From positions 1 through 63,139 of the forward strand of contig NW_022985743.1 of the NCBI RefSeq assembly GCF_902459465.1: DNA of 63,139 bases, read 5' to 3'. Made by a program: the position numbers and the translations under genes. A model generated the notes under the pieces. That model worked only from the letters and a program-made list of their open reading frames with translations, was not told the DNA's origin and searched no databases. Shown here piece by piece: positions 10,501 to 21,100 of this stretch (position 1 is its first letter; every line of letters begins with the position of its first letter). This DNA is from Asterias rubens. Lineage: Eukaryota.

Positions 10501-13500
10501 CAAACAATTCACTGATTTTATTGTGAAGATGTGTACTAATTTACACAACCAGACGTTAGGTAACACACAATTCAATGATTTTAACTTTGAAGATAATTAT
10601 TATGTATTTACTCAAACAGCCGTTAACACAGAATTTCTTATTTTATTTTAAATATATGTATACACATACAGACGTTAGGTAAAATATAACAAACAGTTCA
10701 CTAATTTTATTGTGAACATAATGTTCCTTATTTTACAAAGAGATTTTGGGTATACAAAACAATTCATCGAATTAATTGGGGATATGTATACTATTTGATT
10801 ATAAAGCTGAAGTGTTTCGAGCGGTATTCCAGCACAGTCAGGCAAGAGTTGTCATGTGTATTGCACTACGAATCCTTCGAAGACGGTAGAGTCATTGTGA
10901 GACAGGGACATCCAGGACTATCTTTCTATTTTATCCTTTCTGGTACGGTCATTGTGGAGGTTACGGAAGAAGATAAAAGAACAGGTAGAAAATGTTCACC
11001 ATTCATTTTGGATTACTTTTCTGCCACTTAATTATACATCCCCCAGAAAGCTGCTTCTATTTGAATGAAATTTAGTCATGATTCCCAACCCGTCTCTGCA
11101 AAAAGTATACCATTCGTCTGATAGCGTCCTCTTTTGAATAACACTACTTCAGCCAACATTTTTTTTTTACAAATGAACGAGTCCAAGGCCTTTAAGTGTT
11201 TCTATTTGCTTATTTTTAGTCAATATTGTTTACAGAGGCCACGGTTTCATCGAGCAAAATAGCACATGGGGGGGGGGGGGCAAAATCAAAATCTCCAGGT
11301 GGAAACACAAATCTCCCCCCAAAACCACACCCTTTTACATTAAGTCAACTGGAATTACCCAACGGACCAAACAACATTTCTACGAATAATCTGGGTTTCT
11401 TTATTCTCAGGGGAACGCAACACACATATTATTGGTGAGAATACAGCTGGGTCTTCATTTGGAGAATTGTCTCTACTTCACGGTTCTAGACGAACCGCCA
11501 CCATCTCTTGCAAAGGTACGCTGCGAGTATAAGTGGTTATAGCACAAATTGAACATGACGTCATTGACCAACGTCTTTGATGTAAAACAATAGAAAAGTA
11601 CACGGAACATTGTAACATTGATTTCGATCTATGAAAACGAAATCTAAAATCTGAAATCGTTTGTGTGCCGAACCAACGTCGGTCTTGAAATAATTCGAGA
11701 TCGGACGCCTTCTTTAGTTCCACATAGATTTATTTACAACAACTCCACAGGCCAAACGCATTAATAACATGTACAGTCAACTTCTTAAAATAAAATAAAG
11801 CAATTCTTTCTACTCTTTCACTAGGTCTGAAACCCATTAACTCCTTCTTGCTCAGCCTAGCATTTTTTTACTGGTTCTGAAACCCCCTCAACCATTAAGT
11901 ATTGTTCTCAATTTTTACTGGGTCTGAAACTTCCTCACTCTTCTCCTGAAGACGAGCAGAGTATACTGTTCGAAACGTCGAGACCCAACCGGCTCTTTTC
12001 AGAGCCAACACTCACCCTAAGAGATTTACACATGGTTGTACCCGCAAGTTTACTGTTTATTTATAGTTTCTTCTTATGTCTCCGCACCATGCAAAGCTTC
12101 AAACAATACTTAACTCTAACGTACTTTTCTCAACGTTTTTACTGGGTCTGAAACCTCCTAAACTCTTAAAGGCAGTGGACACTATTGGTAATTACTTATA
12201 ATAATTATTAGCATAAAACCTTTCTTGGGAAGGAGTAACGGGAGAGGTTGATAGTATAAAACATTGTGAGAAACGGCTCCCTCTGAAGATGTAGTTTTCG
12301 AGAAAGAAGTAATTTTTCACGAATTTGATTTCGAGACCTCATGAGATTTAGAATTATTTTCTTGCAACTTCGACGACCGATTGAGCTCAAATTTTATGCA
12401 TGTTGAGATTCACCAACTGTGAAGGCTAGTCTTTGACAATTACCAATAGTGTCCAGTGTCTTTAAGTACTTTTCTCAATGTTTCTCAATGTTTACTGGGT
12501 CTGAAACCCCCTTAACACTTAAGTACTTTTTCATTTTTGTTTACTTGGTCTAAATCATCTCAACTCTTGAGTACTTTTCTCAACATTTTACTCTCAAGTA
12601 GGCCTACTTTAAAAAAATTCCTTATAATTACCCATCACCGTTAAAACAATACATGCTTTGTCAGTAGACTCTGTCTCTCTCTCTCTCTCTCTCTCTCGAC
12701 TCCCCTGGTGTTCATCAAGGTTCCAAGTGTGGGTTTGGTATTATCGCGTGTCACTCATCCTCGTCTTGGCCTCATGGTTTAGTTAGACTCAAGCATGTCA
12801 AGCTGTGGAGTCGTCTTACTCCAGAACACAATAATAACCCATCCCCGAAGGGCGTCTGAAATGAATTATAAAAGATTCCTAAACAAACTAGTTTTGAGCT
12901 CAAACTTGCACACTGACATTACAAAATGATTATTACTTAATTTTAAAGGCAGTGGACACTATTGGTAATTACTCAAAATTGTTATTTGCATAAAACCTTA
13001 CTTGGTAACAAGTAATGGGGAGAGGTTGATAGTATAAATCATTGTGAGAAACGGCTCCCTCTGAAGTAACGTAGTTTTCGAGAAAAAAAAAAAGTAATTT
13101 TCCACGAATTTGATTTCGATACCTCATGTTTAGAATTTGAGGTCTCGAAATCAAGCATCTGAAAGCACACAACTTCGTGTGACAAGGGTGTTTTTCTTCT
13201 TTCGTAATTATCTCGCAACTCTGACGACCAATCAAGCTAAAACTTTCACAGGTTTGTTGTTTTATGCATATGTTGAGATACACCAAGTGAGAAGACTGGT
13301 CTTCTAATTACCAATAGTGTCCACTGTCTTTAAGACAATACATCCGACTATAAACTTGTGAGAACTTTACATTGGGTTCTAGCTCAAGAATGCTTAGATA
13401 TTTCATCAACTTGCTTTCGATCGGATCAAAATTACTTAAACACTGCAAGTTGCATAACTAATATCTTATTAATGGATAATTCATGTCCTCTAATGTGTGG

Positions 13501-15468
13501 CTTGAAGCTTATAGAATATTAAGTTCACTTACGGGATTGCAGTTCAGTGGCTCGTCTTTGCCTCCAATCACCGGTCCAAAGTCACATAATGGGGTAGCCT
13601 CAATGCACCCAAGTTTCACTTCATCTTATGCTGCTGTTTTTACGTTGGTCAAAATCCTTCAGGGGATAATTATCTCAAGAGCCAATTGCTCTCACTGAAA
13701 ACCATTTAAGCCTCACTTGCAGATAGAGAGAGAGAGAGAGAAAGCCACAGTGGCAATCGATGAACATACAGTACAGGCAGCAGCAAGTGAGTGGTATAAG
13801 ACACCTTCCCTTGTCTTCCACACACATTCACACTTCACTACACACTCATACAAAAGGTCACACCCTATTCCAGACATTCTTATTTGTCAGGTTAATGTAT
13901 TCGCATGACTCCAAAATAATGAATATAATTCCAACTCCTTGTTTACATGATTATTCAAACGACCCAAAGCTTGGGGTCAAATAGTTATACGCAATAAATG
14001 CACATTGAATCCGACAGTTTGTTTTCCCAAGCAGGTGATACAGAGTTCCTACGTCTTGACAAGCCAGACTTTGACTTGGTTCTTAGACGGAGTTACCAGC
14101 AGGAGTGGGATACCCGCATGAGTGCTCTCAGGTCATTGGCAGCGTTCGGACATTGGAGTGAGGAAGAACTAAGCGCTACTAACGACAGAGCAAAGCTAGA
14201 AGAGTTTCTGCCAAACACAGTAAACACAATTAATTGCATTCGAAATTATTACAACTAACTGCCATGGGTAAAAACCAAAATGAATAACTCAATTAATATA
14301 TCAAACAAATCTTGTGAGTGAGCACGTTCCTAACTTTATGATGGGTTCAATGCGTCATGTAGCGTCTTTGGATACGAAACTTAACTCGTTCTAAAGTCCT
14401 ATAAGATTAATCCCAAGTTAGGACGAGTTTTGTGAAAATGACGGCCGGATTCACTTGCATGTCGACCCCAAACAACTTTGCAATTAGTTATAGGACATCA
14501 GAAACGCCATCAACATCAAACCAATTAAGACAAACTTGTTATTAATCACCAGCCTATAATTAGCAACCTCACCCAATCACCGGATGACATCTACTTCATA
14601 AAGTCTGGTGTCTGCAAGGTTGTACGTGAGTTCACGCTGTTACAGAGTTGTCTACCCTTTGGGCACACCAAACTCTCTTTGCCTCCATTGGATGCTAATC
14701 ACAACGTTCCGGAGTCATTTAAACCGGAGAGATACCAACGTGTTGTTCGTAAGCTCCTACATGTCGCTAACATTGGAAGGGGAAAATTCTTTGGAGTTGG
14801 TGAGTCAATTAGTGTCATGATGACAGTATACCCAAAATCAAGTCTTTGGTTTTGTAAACATTACTTTTATGGAAAAAGTTCATGTAAATCTAAATAGCCC
14901 ATATTCGCCTGCAGGAAAACTTTTTCGCTTAGGTACACTAGGTGCCTGTGTCATAGGGATTTCGTCCCCAATCACAGTGTGTTTGGAAGTTGTGTCAAAA
15001 GAGAGTGCTATGACGAAATTCACAACTCACCGTAAAGGGGGGGGGTCTACTAAGGGGGTATTCTACTGCCAAATACCTTTGTGTAACCCTTTTCACTGTT
15101 AAGTTAAGCATACATTTAATTTACGACTCTTATCGCACTTTCTAGTTATTTTTACTTTCTATTTTTGTTTTCTAGGGGAGGACCTCCATGGTACCCACAT
15201 CATTTCCACTGGTAAAGTAGAGTGCATCCTAGTGTCTAGAGTGTCCTTTATGCGGCACGACAGGGGGATATCTTTAGAGCAAATGCAATCCATGGTCTCT
15301 CAGCTTTATCCATCATACGATGAGACGTTTGCTAACTTTCTGTTGGACAAGAAGTGGCGAGCGTACAAACGTAGACTCGTCAAGGAGCTCATGCAGAAGC
15401 GTAATATCCCTAATAACACAACTAGGGAAGACGTACCTCTCATCTTGCGTCATCAGGATATGCAATGA
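7517..15468 (+). CDS. Cyclic nucleotide-binding domain-containing protein 2-like (~545 aa, 9 exons)
   Basis: Exons 7517-7657, 8122-8319, 9697-9832, 10284-10438, 10807-10984, 11411-11515, 14035-14219, 14553-14799, 15176-15468 sum to 1638 nt in one frame. CNB signatures VIVRQGHPGLSFYFILSGTV, FGELSLLHGSRRTATI and a second DIYFIKSGVCKV...FFGVGE. Acidic low-complexity N-terminus; exons 1-2 are the least certain. Confidence 0.85.
8362..8510. mobile_element. Representative copy of a degenerate MITE family starting GG(G/A)CCC(A/G)ATTTCATA(G/A)AGCTG
   Basis: Related starts or ends at ~10041, ~20324, ~23720, ~28560 (reverse), ~40725 and ~48082, with internal GCT(A/G)AGCA motifs. Boundaries approximate. 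Confidence 0.55.
9107..9538 (+). repeat. Uninterrupted copy of the Helitron host repeat, in CNBD intron 2
   Basis: Colinear with 4064-4204 + 6149-6438 at high identity by eye. Confidence 0.9.
11940..12115 (+). mobile_element. Penelope-like retroelement 3' terminal fragment (tentative)
   Basis: CCTGAAGACG...CGAAACGTCG motif, typical of Penelope-like element ends (recalled). It interrupts the local tandem repeat. Confidence 0.45.
12170..12461 (+). mobile_element. TTAA-flanked MITE family 1 (Kolobok/T2-like), internally deleted
   Basis: TTAA|AGGCAGTGGACACTATTGGTAATT...AATTACCAATAGTGTCCAGTGTCT|TTAA, inserted at the TTAA of the local repeat. Confidence 0.9.
12947..13329 (+). mobile_element. TTAA-flanked MITE family 1
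   Basis: Same TIRs and TTAA flanks; internal hairpin GATTTCGA.ACCTCA...TGAGGTCTCGAAATC. Confidence 0.9.
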
Positions 15469-15486
15469 CTGGTGGAAGTCTAAATA

Positions 15487-15633
15487 GGTCCTTTTCGAAA
15501 CCTCGGCATTGGATTCGGCTCTGGCTAGCTGGTCCCGCGGTTGTTTCGAAAATTGTGCGTGTTTTGCGTACGCGCTCAGGGCTTCAGATGAGAAGCGGAG
15601 CCTGAAGCCGAAGCCGTGGTTTCGAATAGGGCC
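15487..15633. mobile_element. 147-bp MITE 18 bp downstream of the CNBD stop codon
   Basis: GGTCCTTTTCGAAACCTCGGC versus reverse complement of right end GGCCCTATTCGAAACCACGGC (18/21). ATA on both flanks. Confidence 0.75.
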
Positions 15634-15805
15634 ATAGCCAAGCCTTTAGTGTGCCGTTATAAATAAATAAAAATGATGAAAACACTTTCATATATTTTGT
15701 TTCCTTTTTTTGAGGGGGGGGGGGGGGGTGCTTAAACAATTTTGATCATTTACCGTTTCCTAGAAATTATCTTTTGTATGTGGCCATGAGGTCGAATGTA
15801 TTGGT

Positions 15806-17366
15806 TTAACATACAGTGAAGGAAATCCATAAGAGATCTATCACGTCCAAAGCAGTCGTGAAAGGGTTAAGCAGATTTGGAATCATAGCACGTCCTTTAG
15901 CTCGGCTTTCTGGTGAGCACATCAAGCGCTGCCACTCATGTATCAGGCTGTCACCTTGGGAAATAATTAAAAACAAGATAATTAATGATAATTACCTTTT
16001 GACTCTCTCACAGAAAACCCATTGCCCCCGAAATTATACCATGTTTAAACTTTGGACAGCTTTATAGAAACTTGTTGAGATACACCATACGGGAAGCAAA
16101 CACTCAATGCAGGATTAGCTGTCAATATTTAGTCAATATTGATGTACAAATTGTGGAAGTCTTTTATGTGCGTTTATGAGCTCGAGTCTGTTGTAGACAA
16201 ATTAATTCCGCCGTCAAACAATAAAATAAATCAACTTTGAGCAACCTATTTCAACATCATCAAATTATTTATTTGAACATGTAGCATGATTAGTGTCGTC
16301 TCTCGTATCAGGACAATACTGTACCAAGTCTATTAAGGTTCAGATAATTACTCATACCTGTTTTTTTATCAATGTTATATGCCATACGGAGGATATATAT
16401 CACCATGTTTTCATCCCATGTCAAGTCTGGAATCAAAGGAGGAGTGTCCCCCGAGTGCAGAAGGCGCTTTGGTAGGTACCTCATCTGCAAAATGGCCGTC
16501 GTATTCAAATCGGTCACAAAATTAGCAGCGGCAATGTAACCAATGAGGTGTGCCCAACCAAGGCCAAAGCTCTGCTCAGGTTTAGACATGAACATCAGCC
16601 TTGTTCCATCAAACAGCGCCAGGCCTGTTTCGACGGACCTGGTATGTGCAACCCACATTTTGGTGATGATGATTTGCTCTCTTGGGCTTAGGGTTGACGT
16701 CTTGTCATCACAATCCCTTATTAAGTAGTGAGGCTCAGTGATGTTAGGATCGTACAGATTTAAAAAAAAGTCTTCCCAGTTCGTCATCGTAACTGGATAC
16801 CGTTGTCTGCATTCTAAGACACTCGTGCAATAGTCCTCAGGTTGGGACAGCGATGCCAAGAAGGTGAAACCATGAGGCCAGTGTGGGAACAAACCTGCCT
16901 CCAGTGCTCCTAGAAACGGCACCACGGACAAAAAATAGTTCATGCTGCCCCACCAGCTCCATGGAGAGATGCAGTTCCATTCGTTGTCTCTGACTACTTC
17001 TGTCTGATTCTTTCCGCATGCTGTTTCATTTGTGAAGTCCTGTAGTCGACCGGTACTGAATTGCCATCCAAGCTGCATGGGCAGACCCCATAGAATGTTG
17101 GCCGTGTTGTTAGCCCTGCCAAGAGTCGCATCAGAGGAGGTGACATTCAGGAGGATCTTGTATAAACCCAGACGGTCCAAGTACCTCCAAGGATCTATAA
17201 TGGTGTGGTTTTGACGCAGAGGGTAATCAGCAAGTGAGGCAGGTGCCTCGTCCCAGTGTGGGATATTATTGGTAGCCTCTGTATGTGACTGACTCATTAT
17301 GACAAATTGGATATTTGTCAAGAGAAGTGATGACACACATAGGCATTTCAACCTGAAACTTTTCAT
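15806..17366 (-). CDS. LEG1: LEG1 homolog (liver-enriched gene 1/C6orf58 family), secreted glycoprotein, ~385 aa
   Basis: Exon 1 17366-16358 (donor G|GTATGAG) and exon 2 15954-15806 (CCCAAG|...GDSLIHEWQRLMCSPESRAKGR...FTVC*) total 1158 nt. Family motifs PHWDEAP, IIDPWRYLDRLGLYKILL, NILWGLPMQLGWQFSTGRL and CISPWSWWGSMNYFLSVVPFLGA. Signal-peptide-like N-terminus; 7 N-x-T sequons. Confidence 0.92.
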
Positions 17367-17879
17367 GACTTCTCTTTCGAGGAGTCACCTTTGTCAGAAT
17401 GTTTCAAAACAGGTGAAGCCAGAAATCGTGCAAGTTAACGAATGGGACTATTGAACCAAGTGAACCTTGATCGGCAAGTGATTAGCATTTAAGCACAAGC
17501 GTAAATAGTCGGTTCAAAAGGGGAGGTATTACACTCTAAAACAAACAATATTGAGCTGAACGCAGTGGCGGTATACACAGAACTACTACTATGTGAATTC
17601 AAATAAGACATGATATAAGACTTACTAACTTTGTTGATCTCCCAAATATTTTTGTTTACATTGCTCACAAAAAGTATATACAAATCTCAAAGAATGAGTG
17701 ACAGAACAAAAGTACGGTAGACATTTCAGATTCCTGTGTATTTGGAAGTGGACATCGACTCTATCTTATTTTCCGTATTCAAATGAATAATCATTCTGGG
17801 CAATCTCAACCCTTCGTCCCTCCTAGTTTATTTTATGTTATTGTTGTTATTCAAATCATGATGATATTAATGGGTATTT

Positions 17880-17946
17880 CCCCTCCCCCACTACCCCGCC
17901 CCGCCCCCATCATCCAGCATTGGCGCAGAGTTCGCAGTCACGTGAT
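17880..17946. promoter_or_regulatory. GC boxes and CLEAR-type E-box in the divergent LEG1/ASAH1 intergenic region
   Basis: CCCCGCCCCGCCCCC at 17894-17908; GTCACGTGAT at 17937-17946, ~200 bp before the ASAH1 ATG. Confidence 0.6.
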
Positions 17947-18139
17947 TCCATAAAGATCAGCAGTCTGGTGCTTCACCACCTGTGGAGGACTATACTTCAA
18001 CGTACGAGAGTATAGGAACCACGCGTGTAAGTTGTTTACAGTAGTGCGTCAGAAATTTTGTTATTGCTTATAAACAGACCCTGGTTTAGATATTAAAAAT
18101 AACGATTTAAGTGTAACATTTCACTAAATTTTCTTCACG

Positions 18140-21100
18140 ATGAGGTTATTACTCCTTCTAGCAGCCTTGCTGACAATTTTCGTGGTTCCCGGGCTTTGCC
18201 AAGATGCGTATCCGGTGAGTAAAGAGTACTTAATTAAAAAACTTTCTAAAAAGAAGGAAACAAATACCAAACTCTGTTATTTTATTGAATAGCCTATTGA
18301 TTGCATATTGTACTGTTGCTATTTACTAGTATTACTAGTGACTAGTGTTTACTGTTAGTAGTTACTTTTGTCATGCTTTTGTATGTGCATGAACTATTCT
18401 GTTTGTTATTGTATATGAGCGAGAAGAGAATAGATGTGTTTTTAATTTATTCTTGAATGTCTGGACTCGTGTGTTGGTGGTGTTTCGAAAGTTTTGAATA
18501 TGACTTGGTAGGGCATTCCAGCATCACATGGATGGTCATGGTGTTGCCGCAAACTTTGTTGTTTTAATTGGAAGCCCTGCTGTCTCAGGTCTTGTGTGTT
18601 TTTCTTTTAAACATTGTTAAACTTGAGCCTAGCCCAGGTTGGACTCCTCCGTTGCAGGGTGGCACTGACTGACGTCCTACCAGGGCTAACTTGAGCCCTG
18701 GTACTGGTACATGCACATACTCACTGCTAATAAACCTAAAATTGCCCTGGACATTTACTAAAAAAACTTGCATTGAAAAAACAAAACAATCCTCTTTTGT
18801 CTTCCTCTGGAGCCCTTAGATTGACTATGTGCTGCCATGGGTAGGCAATAAGTTATTAAGTTTCGTCCCATTGCATATTGACCAATCACAACGCAGCGAA
18901 GGTCCACAAATCGAGTCCAACATGCGTGCGCGTATGCTTGGCGCGCGAGGCAGAGTTGTGCAGAAAGGCATTTGAGAGGCTCACGTGTTCTTGCACACAC
19001 GTGTGTTGTGGGCGAATCCTAATGGGTCAGTATATTGCCAGAAGCAGCTACTGAGCTTGTAACACAACATAGGGCCTACCAGAGGGTTACAATTATTGCA
19101 ACTCTTGTACACAAACGTGACAGCTAGTCATTTCATTTATATTCCTTTTTGTATTTAAAACAAAGTTCACCGATAAAGCCTGCCGGACAGATGTGAAATA
19201 TCCTCCACCGAGCACCGACTCTGAAACAACTGTCCCAACATTCGTCTTGAACCTTGATCTAGATCCTGAAGAACGATGGAAACCTCTTATGAAGAACAAA
19301 AGTGCAGAGGTAAAGACTCTCAATTACAAGTATATTTGTAACTTCTTGTGACCCACCCCTACCTTGTTGGGCTGTTATCATGGTCTTAATAACTGATGTT
19401 GGAAGAGAGCCACAACTGACTGAAAAAAGTGGGCTTACCCTTGCCATTAGTGCATGGTGTTGGGAAACTCGCTAGTATGGAAAATTACCCGTAGATACTG
19501 CCAAATTATGTGGGGAAATCATTATTTTAACAGTACCAATATGACTGATTCAAAAATTCCATACATGTAGTTGGATTGATTCTTTTCAACCAATAAATAA
19601 TGAAATGAAGAGAAAAAACTCTGGAACTCAAGAACAATACCACATCAAACATTTTCGCGGGTTACACAATGGATCTTAAAGTCGGCCACAAAATAGTAAC
19701 AACCTTCTGAAGTAAATCTTGAGTAAATATTCAAACTTATAGGCCTACTGATAAGACCAAAGATAGTTGATTGTTACTGACAGTGACACTTAAACAAACT
19801 TGATGGATAGAAAATTGTTTTCCTTTTTTTTTAAAACCCTTTTCAAAATGCATTTCATATAGCATAGCATACTAATAAACATGTACATGCTAATCTGCTG
19901 ATTGTTGATGAAATTTAAAACATGGCTAAGAAAAGACTCGTGTGACCAGGCATGTATGTAAATTATAAAATTATTGTCAGCAAATTTGTTAAGCAATTTG
20001 TTGTTGTATGGTTCCAACACAGCAGGATCGACCAATATTCAATGTGGTTTAGAAACTAACACTTAAACAGTAAACTAAAATTTGTAGAAATCAATGACAA
20101 TCAAATAGTTTTCCCCTGTGATACTCAAATCATAGACCACCAGCACCATTCTGAAGTTATTGTGGTTTAAGCAATTGTTTTGATTGGTTTAGTTGAAGGC
20201 AATGATCACTGATGTCCTTGACCTGATTGGTTACTTTTTCAAGAATGACACCAAGCTGATTGGCATAGTGGATGACATCTTGGTAAGCAAACAAACATTA
20301 AATGGCTTAGGATTTAGCCTATATGGCCAAATTTTATAAACCCTGCAGGTACAAAAACTTGTTAAGCACACACAAATCTTGCTGAGCAGAAACATTTTAC
20401 CAGCCGACATTCCACCAAGTTTACAATGCTAAACTGGTACCCCACTCATTGTATATAAATTATAAAGTTATTGTCAATAACATTTTTCGCTAAGCAATAT
20501 TTTCTGCTAAAACACAATTTTGAGGCATATTCAAATGCTTTTCATAGCCCAAAGCACTCCTTCCAAGACATTGTTTCCATCTCGACCTTTTAATGTCATA
20601 ATACTTTTCATTGTAAGCCCACAGCAATGTCCAAAAGTTAATGAATTTGGCCTGATTTATAGATGGTATATTGGCAGGACAGATCTTATCAGCACTCTTT
20701 TTGTGTATTGGTTACAAAACTTCTAGCATTTGATATGATGAATGTGTTTTCTTTCAGGGCCCTCTTGTCTTCACCTTTCCCCAGCCTTACCAGGGGGAGC
20801 TTGTTGGGATAGCTGTTTCATCAGGACTTCCTCTAGGTACAGTATTCAAAAACGGCGTATCTGAATTGGCAACTACAGCTACTTAAAACAAAAAATGTGG
20901 GTTAAAATTATGTTTTAAAGAGATGCAGGTTTGGCAGAAGGTAAAATGTCATTTCTGGACATGGTCTCGGTGCATCCAAAATCAACAATAAAACATTTTA
21001 TCAGCAGTGTAGACTATCCTTATTTTCCACACAATGATTTAGTAAAATAGCAAAATGGCTTGACTTTCTATGCACATGTAATTCAACACAAGTGACCTTG

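Larger units (their letters stand above)
11824..12590 (+). repeat. Local ~55-bp degenerate tandem repeat broken by two insertions
   Basis: TTTTACTGGGTCTGAAACCCC.T.AAC.CTTAAGTACTTTTTCTCAA units near 11824, 11868, 11914, 12138, 12492 and 12540. Confidence 0.75.
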
